DNA of 63,067 nt from a virus (lineage: Duplodnaviria > Caudoviricetes): positions 1 to 63,067 of the IMG/VR virus record IMGVR_UViG_3300020045_004922; one strand, 5' to 3'. The translations under genes and the position numbers were made by a program. Under the pieces are notes generated by a model that was not told where the DNA came from, made no database searches, and saw nothing but the letters and a program-made list of their open reading frames with translations. Of this stretch, positions 51,036-58,707 are shown piece by piece. Positions within the stretch are counted from its first letter, which is position 1. Every line of letters begins with the position of its first letter.

Positions 51036-51245
51036 ATGTCTAAAAATTCAGTAATAAACGTATCAAAAGACCAAAACACAATAGTTCATAAAAATGGGAT
51101 TACAACAATGTTTTCATCTGTAGGTGTTTTTTGTAATGGATGTTTTTACGAAGAAGAAAAAAAATGTTTTCAGAGTATAAAAGGGTTATGTTCTGGAAAT
51201 ATCAGAAAAGATAAGAAAACAGGAATATTTATTAAAAAAGTATGA
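51036..51245 (+). CDS. Small Cys-rich protein
   Basis: Paralog of 31761..31967. Confidence 0.6.
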   Translation: MSKNSVINVSKDQNTIVHKNGITTMFSSVGVFCNGCFYEEEKKCFQSIKGLCSGNIRKDKKTGIFIKKV

Positions 51246-51427
51246 AGTACATATTAAATAAAACACCATGCCAAAAGGCAAAGGAAATTTGCTTTTTATT
51301 TGGAAAAGAAAACGCAGAAATATACTGCAATGAAAAGATTTATTTCTTTTCTAACTCAAATTCAAAGTATTTTATAGATAGATTAAATTATTGGAATAAA
51401 GTTAAAACAAAAATAAAAAAAACATGA
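51242..51427 (+). CDS. Hypothetical protein
   Basis: 61 aa; TP.QKAKE...YWNKVK pattern. Confidence 0.55.
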   Translation: MKYILNKTPCQKAKEICFLFGKENAEIYCNEKIYFFSNSNSKYFIDRLNYWNKVKTKIKKT

Positions 51428-51951
51428 ACCATCAATTCAAACAAAACAAAGCAGACGAATACTACACAAAAGAGTATGCAATTATTCCTATTTTAAGGCA
51501 CATAGACAACTCGAAAACAGTTTGGTGTCCATTTGATAAAATAGAAAGCAACTTTGTAAAAATGCTGATTAAAAACGGCAATAAAGTTATCTTTTCACAT
51601 ATAGAAAACGGTCAGGATTTTTTCGATTACGAACCGACTGAACATTACGATTTGATTTTATCGAACCCACCGTACAGTTTGAGAGAGCCAATACTTGAAC
51701 GATTATTTTTATTGAATAAACCTTTCGGGCTTTTGATAAATGAAGCGGGTTTATTCGATAGCAAAAAGAGATATTCATTATTGAAAAATAATCCTTTTGA
51801 AATAATGGTATTCGATAAGCGTGTCGATTACATAAAAAATGGAGTTGAATTAAACGGAGTTCCTTTCAAAAGTATTTATTTATGTAGTAATCTTTTGAAA
51901 AGCCAATTCGTTTTTGAAACTCTCGAACCTGCACAAATGCTTTTTTCTTAG
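51424..51951 (+). CDS. Small adenine methyltransferase (NPPY)
   Basis: DEYYT...VWCPFD..ESNFV...SHI..GQDFF...ILSNPPYS. Confidence 0.8.
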   Translation: MNHQFKQNKADEYYTKEYAIIPILRHIDNSKTVWCPFDKIESNFVKMLIKNGNKVIFSHIENGQDFFDYEPTEHYDLILSNPPYSLREPILERLFLLNKPFGLLINEAGLFDSKKRYSLLKNNPFEIMVFDKRVDYIKNGVELNGVPFKSIYLCSNLLKSQFVFETLEPAQMLFS

Positions 51952-52147
51952 CATTGTACATAACATCCTCCTATACGCACAAAACAACCGTACAAATATG
52001 GCACAACTTACTAAAAGATACGAAGTTAAGCTAACGGAGCAACAAAAAAAAATACATTAAACTAAATGAAAACACGCGACATAACCGCAATTAAAAAGTT
52101 TTGCAAATTCATAAATAATTATGAAGGCGAATTAAGGATAATGCTCG

Positions 52148-52480
52148 ATGGGAGTGTTTATGATGGAGAAAAGTTGGTTTATAAATATACTAAAACAGAA
52201 GAAGATGCAACAGAAAATATCTGATATTTGTGATGGCATGAAAGAGTTGCTTCTTGCAAAGAACCAGAAGTACGGAAATTCTGCGCTATCACCAAATAAC
52301 ATTTTTAGCAAATTAAATGCAGAAAATTCAATTTGCATAAGACTGGATGATAAGATTGGAAGAGTAAAGAACTCAAACGAACTCCGAGTGAATGACCTTT
52401 CGGACATTGCTGGATACTTAGTTTTGCTAATGATAAGCAAGGGAGTATCTAAAGATGATATTCTAAAATTGATTGATTAA
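52148..52480 (+). CDS. DUF1599/nucleotide-modification-associated helical protein
   Basis: LLAKNQKYGNSAL...IRLDDKIGR...DLSDIAGYLVL; true start may be the ATG at 52205. Confidence 0.7.
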   Translation: MGVFMMEKSWFINILKQKKMQQKISDICDGMKELLLAKNQKYGNSALSPNNIFSKLNAENSICIRLDDKIGRVKNSNELRVNDLSDIAGYLVLLMISKGVSKDDILKLID

Positions 52481-52511
52481 TTTTGTAATTTAAAAAATTA
52501 TTCGTAACTTT

Positions 52512-53792
52512 GTGCCTATGAGACAAAAAAGTGCTAGAATTACATACGCAGAACTTGTTTTGGTATGTTCTATGAGGGGAAGCAATGCAGATGCATATAT
52601 TCTTCCTCCAGACAGAAAAAAGTTTATGGTTTCTCTATCAAAAGAAGAGGACGCGATGCTAGATAAGGTTTATCTTGGGTATCCTGTCGCAATATCAAAT
52701 GAAGTAAATCTTTTAAAAGTTTTGCCTGATGGTGGCTTTTTAATATCTGAAAATGATATTGAAAGAATTGTTCCGAAAGACAAGCCGAAAGAGTTGTCAA
52801 AAATAAGTAAGGCTGTCATAATGCCAAAGTCTAAAATTATCATATCAAAAGAAGACAAATCAAAAGACGCGCGAATACAAGAGCTTGAAACTATTCTTGA
52901 CATTAAGCAAAATTCTAACGTTGAGATTTACGATATAACACCAAAGAAATCAGATGGTAAATCGAAACATAGTAGCGTTGCCATTTGCCTATTATCTGAT
53001 GTACATATTGAAGAAGTAGTAGCAAAAGAAACGGTCATTGGACTGAATGAGTTTAATCCGGAGATAGCAAAAGCTAGACTAGATGCATTTTTTACAAATT
53101 CCGCTAAGCTTATATCTCACGACCAGAGATCATACGAGATAAATGAAGTAATAATTGGGTGCTTGGGTGACATTATCGGGAATTGGATTCACGACGAGCT
53201 AATGCAGACTAATTCGATGTCTCCGTTGGCGGCAATATCCTTTGCAAAGTCTTGTATTTTATCTGGGTTGAAATACTGGCACGATACATTAGATGTTGAT
53301 AAAATAACCTTTATTGGTGTTGTCGGTAATCATGGAAGGACTACAAAAAAAAGCCAGTTTGCTAATGCTACGGATGTAAGTATGGAGTACTTTATGTATA
53401 AAGATATTGAAGAAATGGCAAGAGTGCTTGGGCTCCATAAAATAACCTTTATCATTCCAAAGTCTGAAATGGCGATTGTAACAATATTTGACAAAAGACT
53501 TCTATTTACTCACGGAACAAACATTAAATACGGTGGTGGAATTGGCGGGCTTGTAGTTCCTGTGACTAAGTTCTTTTTGAGATTGTCAAAAACATTGCGT
53601 ATCGATATGATGTTTATTGGACACTTTCATCAAATGACATGGAATAAGATGTTCTGTACAAATGGAAGTGTTAAAGGGTTTGACACATACGCATTTGGTA
53701 AAGGGCTTGACTACGAAGCTCCACAGCAGACTAAGCTAGTATTGCATGAGAAGTATGGGTTTACAAGCTATACCCCTATATACTTGGATTAG
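52512..53792 (+). CDS. Calcineurin-like metallophosphoesterase
   Basis: LSDVH, LGDII, VGNHGR, THG, GHFHQ, NGS motifs. Confidence 0.85.
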   Translation: MPMRQKSARITYAELVLVCSMRGSNADAYILPPDRKKFMVSLSKEEDAMLDKVYLGYPVAISNEVNLLKVLPDGGFLISENDIERIVPKDKPKELSKISKAVIMPKSKIIISKEDKSKDARIQELETILDIKQNSNVEIYDITPKKSDGKSKHSSVAICLLSDVHIEEVVAKETVIGLNEFNPEIAKARLDAFFTNSAKLISHDQRSYEINEVIIGCLGDIIGNWIHDELMQTNSMSPLAAISFAKSCILSGLKYWHDTLDVDKITFIGVVGNHGRTTKKSQFANATDVSMEYFMYKDIEEMARVLGLHKITFIIPKSEMAIVTIFDKRLLFTHGTNIKYGGGIGGLVVPVTKFFLRLSKTLRIDMMFIGHFHQMTWNKMFCTNGSVKGFDTYAFGKGLDYEAPQQTKLVLHEKYGFTSYTPIYLD

Positions 53793-53855
53793 ACAATCAC
53801 ACCGCACCTCGTTTCGATACCATAAGCGGAAAGCAATGGATGTTATGAGATAATA

Positions 53856-53889
53856 AATCCCGACGGTCTTCACAGATGGTCGGGATTTT
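53856..53889. terminator. Terminator between convergent operons
   Basis: AAATCCCGAC-GGTCTTCACAGATG-GTCGGGATTT-T. Confidence 0.75.
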
Positions 53890-53914
53890 CGCATGAAAAC
53901 AAAACAAAAACAAG

Positions 53915-54544
53915 TTATCTTTTTATTTCAACGTATTTTTCGTAAGTGAAAGTAGTGTTTGGATTTTTTGAAATTACATCTAGTTGAACTCCTTTAACTC
54001 CCCAAGTAATCCATAGGAATTTATGCTTTGGAATTACGGATGGGACTATAGTCAGAGAGTCTTGCCCTGCGTAATAAAGTATGGTTTTGTCTTTGTATGC
54101 ACATCCGGCAACTTGAATAAAGCTATCTTTATAAGTGAAACATGTACTAGAATCAGTTTTAATTGTCGGCGTCGTTATAGCCTGAGACGTATTGGTACTT
54201 ATGTTTGCCACACTAAGAACGTTTTTAAGCTTCAATCCCATGCTTTTGATGGTCTCTACATCCTCACTCCTGTAGCGCTTAAATTCGTCAACTGTGTAAG
54301 TCAGTGAGCCAACTTTAGCGGCTTGTCGTTTAATCACTGTATCTTTCCCTGCGATTACAACTTTTGTATCTGCAACGTAAGAAGTGAAATCCTTATTTAG
54401 AGTCTCGATATTTGAAGTTTTGCGCACATTCTCAGCCTTCTCTTTTCTGAGTTCAGAAGTTAGTAAATAAATTATTCCTGCGCACCCAGCCAAAGCTAGG
54501 ATGTACCAATATTTTTTAAGCAAAGGAATTATTAAGTTTATCAT
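53915..54544 (-). CDS. Membrane-anchored lysis-associated protein (spanin-like candidate)
   Basis: N-terminal TM, coiled coil, C-terminal KHKFLWITWG...SKNPNT; follows the endolysin. Confidence 0.55.
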   Translation of the reverse strand: MINLIIPLLKKYWYILALAGCAGIIYLLTSELRKEKAENVRKTSNIETLNKDFTSYVADTKVVIAGKDTVIKRQAAKVGSLTYTVDEFKRYRSEDVETIKSMGLKLKNVLSVANISTNTSQAITTPTIKTDSSTCFTYKDSFIQVAGCAYKDKTILYYAGQDSLTIVPSVIPKHKFLWITWGVKGVQLDVISKNPNTTFTYEKYVEIKR

Positions 54545-54675
54545 CTTTGTATGTTTTTAGTAATGCGTGAGTATGTTTTTAGTTTAGGGCAGTCATCGCA
54601 AAAGTCAGAGTAATCCATGTGGTCTACATTTTTAGTAACCTTACTACATCTTACACATCTGCGAAACTCTTCCAT
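54541..54675 (-). CDS. 44-aa CxxC...CxxC protein
   Basis: Not in track; MEEFRRCVRCSK...FCDDCPK..., coupled to both neighbours. Confidence 0.45.
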   Translation of the reverse strand: MEEFRRCVRCSKVTKNVDHMDYSDFCDDCPKLKTYSRITKNIQR

Positions 54676-55325
54676 TAGAAATATCTTTTACAATTATTTA
54701 ACCTTGCTAGTCTATCTTCAAGTCCGTTATATCCGCCGTTAATTTTGTACGTTATCGCCTTGCAATTATCTTTATCGGCAAGACTGTTCAGATTATGTTT
54801 AGTCCAAAACCATACCGAAGCCATAATGCTCCATTGTGGGAGTTCTAATAGCTCAGGGGTTTTAAGTAATCTATCATCCCCAAAAATAAACTTAGAGCAT
54901 TCTAGGTAATTTGCCTCGCCAGTAACCATTATCGCACCTCTTCCTAAATACTTGCTTCCATCTCCGGTAGATTCATTTCCGTTCCCATTCTGATTAGCGT
55001 AAACAAAATCTGCTATTTCTTTTGGCTTTCTAGCTAATTTTTTAGCTTTTGCTCTTTCATTTGGAGAAATCACCTTATCTTTGTTTACATCAAAGTCTGA
55101 TTTAAAAGTAGATATAAGCCCTTCTTCTGAATAATTTAAATTCTCTCTGTAGGAGTTGAAGTTCTGATTCTCGTGCCCTATTTGCGCCAAATAGTGCGAT
55201 AGTCTTAACGCCGTATCTATTCCGTACTTTGGCAAAATTTGTACTAGCCAAGGAAGATATTTTTCAATATTTTGCGGTGTAATTCCTTTCATACACCCCT
55301 TTAGTTGCAAGTTGTTTATTATCAT
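54675..55325 (-). CDS. Endolysin, glycoside hydrolase family 19
   Basis: LAQIGHE...ENLNYS...YAN.NGNG.E..GDG.KY.GRG.I..TG..NY...INGG.NGL.DR. Confidence 0.92.
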   Translation of the reverse strand: MIINNLQLKGCMKGITPQNIEKYLPWLVQILPKYGIDTALRLSHYLAQIGHENQNFNSYRENLNYSEEGLISTFKSDFDVNKDKVISPNERAKAKKLARKPKEIADFVYANQNGNGNESTGDGSKYLGRGAIMVTGEANYLECSKFIFGDDRLLKTPELLELPQWSIMASVWFWTKHNLNSLADKDNCKAITYKINGGYNGLEDRLARLNNCKRYF

Positions 55326-55361
55326 GTTGTTCTAGTTTAAATTACCAATTGTCATTAATTC

Positions 55362-58300
55362 CTACCAATTATCATTCATTGAGTTAGCTATCCAATAGGT
55401 TCCGTCCCAAGTAACTTTTAAAAGCTGACCAAATGTCAACCCCCACGCTGTAACTTCGTTTATTGCATATATTATATTAGTTCCACTCGGTCTAACTACA
55501 ACCCCCTTTTTAGCCCTCTTTATATAAAGTGTATGCCCAATAATAGGCGAAGCAGGCAGATAAACACTTATTCCAGCATCGCTATCATTATTGTAGCAAT
55601 GAATGTTTGAGTCTGAATTTAGAGCCTGATAATTAGCCGTTACTTTTGTCACAGATGAAATTGATCCTCCACCACCAAATACCCAAGCACTTCCATTCCA
55701 AGTTTTAAGTCCAGCTTCAGTTATTTGTTGACCGCAATTTCCTATTCTAGTCTCGTAGCCATAAATATTTGAGTAATATAGGTAGTTATCGTTATCCCAA
55801 TATGAATAAAATCCGTTACGTCCTATTTTTGTTTTGGCTACAACTGAAGATATTGTTATTGTATCAGAACCTCCAAACTTAATATATGTATTTACAGTGT
55901 CGTAAACTCCACTGGTTGTTTTTACATGAAATGAATATGTCCCCGCTGGAAGTCTATAGTACTCTTCATGATAAGATGACCCATGCCCTATCTTTTGATA
56001 GAGCTTTGTTCCAACAGTATCTTCAAAATAAAATTCCCATGTTTCTGGATAATCACCACCCTCAAAAGACGCACCAAATGAATATAATTGAGGTTTAACT
56101 ACTGTAAATTGCTGAGTGTATGCGTGTGAAATAGAGCCATTGTTAGAAATTGCATCCCAAGTATCTTGGTGCGGATACGATGTTATAGTTGGCGTTTTTA
56201 ATTCTACTAACGTCTCTACATCCGTCTCACCAAATTCCATGCTAGAACTAAGCAACGTCTCGCCAAACATTGACAGCCCACCGAATTTTCCACCAATGGC
56301 CTCAATTACACCCTTTAAAGTTAAATTTCCACCACTATCCCACTTCAAATTCCCGAAAGCCTTATGCCCACTTCCGTCTTCTCTGTCAACATAAGCGACT
56401 CCTAATGGCTCTAAAAGTGAACGTAATGCTCCGTCATAAGTTCCTCCACCCCAATCTAAAAGCCCATCTCCTCTCACCCCACTTAACCCCCCAGTGATAT
56501 TTCCATCGATATCCCGCATAAAAAGCAAGTTTGTCAGTAGTAAACCGCCTAAAGCAGAGGTCTCCCCGCTGGATACCGCCTCTGTTATCCAATCAATACC
56601 GTTAATAGTCTTCGAAAGTCTATCGGTTATTGCCTCATTTAGTTTAGCATTTTTAACTGTAATTTCTTGAACTTTTTTTACGTCGTTTTTTATAGCTCCT
56701 AGTGTTGATGCTACCGGAGTATCGGAGAGCGTTACGTCGTAAGTTGGAATGCGTGAAAATCCTTCTTTTATTGTTAAAGATTGAATTATGATATGTTGTG
56801 GTGATTCCTTGCTTGTTCCTATTCCTAAATCTGCATCGTACACCCCCATTAGAGAGCCTTCGTAAATTGAGGAGTAAACAGAACCCCCCAGTCTTGCCAT
56901 CTGTACTTCATCAACGCCAACAGCGTAAGTTACTTTTGGATGATCATTTTTAGCTAAATATGTATTCCCACTATCAAGCAACTTTTGCTCAGCAGCCAAA
57001 ACATAAGCCAATGGCATATTTATATTAAGTAAAACAAAATGCGCCATTCCGCCATAAGAAGGTATTAGGTACCCAGCGCCATTGTCGGAATGATATATTC
57101 CGCTTTTTGGATTTGGAATGTTAAACTTATCATCTTGATTAACATTTAAAGTTAATCTATATTTTGCATTTGGGAATAATAATAATTCAGCAGAGGATGT
57201 CGTAACAACATTAGTTATAGTAAATTCAGTGCCACCCAATCCTGTAGGGCTATCAATTAAACTAAGTATTGCAGTTTCTCCGGCCACTAAATGCTCGTTT
57301 ATATTAAATCCAATGTCTTTAATGAAAACATAGAAGTAAGACTGAGTATCATTAGGCACAATAGAACATGCTATAATTTCATCGACTCTTCCAACAGCAG
57401 TAGAAGAAACTCCTGCGGCGCGAAGTAAATCCCCAGTAATTTCTTTCAAACTAGGAAAAATTGTTTCATCTCTAAATATACCCTCTCTAATTCCGTAAAG
57501 ATTTATTCCAGTTTCCGACTCTATATAGTCATTCGGCCATGGAGTAAAATATGCGGTATTTGTTGGTAAAATTCCGGCAGTCGTAGCGTTTGTACAGTAA
57601 TATCTTTTTGCATCACTATATTTAACTAAATCACCAGCAGAGTACGCTAATCCTAAATCCCATAATCCTTTATTTACCGCATTTACAGTGGCGCCATTTA
57701 TTGAAGCGTAAGAAGGTAGCATTAATTGCTTTTGATATTGAAAATCAGGAGCCACCCTACCAACTCCTTCTCGCTTGTAATTTTCTGGGATATTTCTATC
57801 AGAGCCATAAACTCGAAGCCTTGTAATTATTGACTCTGAATCTACCGCGATTCTATCTATTGAATAAAGTCCATTCCCTTTTCCGTATTCAAAAGTGATT
57901 GGTAGTATTTCACCAACTGAGCCAACTGTTATAGTTTTACCCGTAATTACAAAATTCAACTTCCACTTTTCAGTAGAATTAAATAATGCTAATGCATCCC
58001 AACAACTAATATCAGACCCGCTAATATCAACTTGTTCTGTTACTAAATTTGGAGCTAAATTTATAGTCCATTTTTCGCTTCCAGTATACATTTCGTCAAG
58101 ACATGCTTGTATTCTATCGCGAAGATACGATGCGTCTCCGGTAAACTTTACACTAGAAGTGTTTTCGTAATAGTCGTTTGTCGAACCAGTGATCACATCT
58201 CTGAATTGGCACATCTGCAGCTCAAATGCTTGACTTAAAAACTTTAGTTCATAGGTAAAGGCATCTTGTATAGACTCTGAACTAGATTTCTTTTTTAATG

Positions 58301-58490
58301 TCGGAAGTGGGGATTTGTACAATTTAAAACGCTCATTGCGGTAATCAATATATGAATTTGAAGTGAATGGCAAGACTGTGGGGCTTAGCACAGTACATGA
58401 CACACTCCTTTCACCCATAAACTCACCTTGGTAGGTAAAGTTGCTTTGGGTAAAAATTACTTCGTCTTGAGCGTTTTTAATTTGTAGCAT
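55362..58490 (-). CDS. Tail tip/baseplate hub protein with receptor-binding C-terminus
   Basis: 1042 aa; GEFMGER, FEYGKGNGL...ITRLRVYGS.RN.P; CBM5/12-like WDLGLAYSAGDLVKY insert. Confidence 0.8.
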   Translation of the reverse strand: MLQIKNAQDEVIFTQSNFTYQGEFMGERSVSCTVLSPTVLPFTSNSYIDYRNERFKLYKSPLPTLKKKSSSESIQDAFTYELKFLSQAFELQMCQFRDVITGSTNDYYENTSSVKFTGDASYLRDRIQACLDEMYTGSEKWTINLAPNLVTEQVDISGSDISCWDALALFNSTEKWKLNFVITGKTITVGSVGEILPITFEYGKGNGLYSIDRIAVDSESIITRLRVYGSDRNIPENYKREGVGRVAPDFQYQKQLMLPSYASINGATVNAVNKGLWDLGLAYSAGDLVKYSDAKRYYCTNATTAGILPTNTAYFTPWPNDYIESETGINLYGIREGIFRDETIFPSLKEITGDLLRAAGVSSTAVGRVDEIIACSIVPNDTQSYFYVFIKDIGFNINEHLVAGETAILSLIDSPTGLGGTEFTITNVVTTSSAELLLFPNAKYRLTLNVNQDDKFNIPNPKSGIYHSDNGAGYLIPSYGGMAHFVLLNINMPLAYVLAAEQKLLDSGNTYLAKNDHPKVTYAVGVDEVQMARLGGSVYSSIYEGSLMGVYDADLGIGTSKESPQHIIIQSLTIKEGFSRIPTYDVTLSDTPVASTLGAIKNDVKKVQEITVKNAKLNEAITDRLSKTINGIDWITEAVSSGETSALGGLLLTNLLFMRDIDGNITGGLSGVRGDGLLDWGGGTYDGALRSLLEPLGVAYVDREDGSGHKAFGNLKWDSGGNLTLKGVIEAIGGKFGGLSMFGETLLSSSMEFGETDVETLVELKTPTITSYPHQDTWDAISNNGSISHAYTQQFTVVKPQLYSFGASFEGGDYPETWEFYFEDTVGTKLYQKIGHGSSYHEEYYRLPAGTYSFHVKTTSGVYDTVNTYIKFGGSDTITISSVVAKTKIGRNGFYSYWDNDNYLYYSNIYGYETRIGNCGQQITEAGLKTWNGSAWVFGGGGSISSVTKVTANYQALNSDSNIHCYNNDSDAGISVYLPASPIIGHTLYIKRAKKGVVVRPSGTNIIYAINEVTAWGLTFGQLLKVTWDGTYWIANSMNDNW

Positions 58491-58685
58491 TTATTTTGTT
58501 TTCTTCTTAGTTTTTTTTGACTGTTTAGCTAGAATAAGCCCAATAGACCCTGCAATACTTCCTATATAAATTGCAGTTTCGTTATCTATAACGCCTTTAT
58601 TTACTAAAAATGCTGTAGTAGCTATTACTATACCAAGAACAGATGTTTCCCAGTCCTCTACTAGGAATTGAATAAGTTTTTTCAT
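58491..58685 (-). CDS. Holin candidate
   Basis: 64 aa, two TM segments (WETSVLGIV...GLILAK), basic C-terminus. Confidence 0.6.
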   Translation of the reverse strand: MKKLIQFLVEDWETSVLGIVIATTAFLVNKGVIDNETAIYIGSIAGSIGLILAKQSKKTKKKTK

Positions 58686-58707
58686 TGTGTTTTCTTTTTA
58701 AAATTAA

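Larger units (their letters stand above)
50991..51964 (+). mobile_element. Gene-cassette-like module (3 ORFs) bounded by 15-bp inverted repeats
   Basis: GTTATGTACAGTGCT (50991-51005) vs AGCATTGTACATAAC (51950-51964), 14/15 complementary; visibly more AT-rich than the flanks. Confidence 0.6.
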
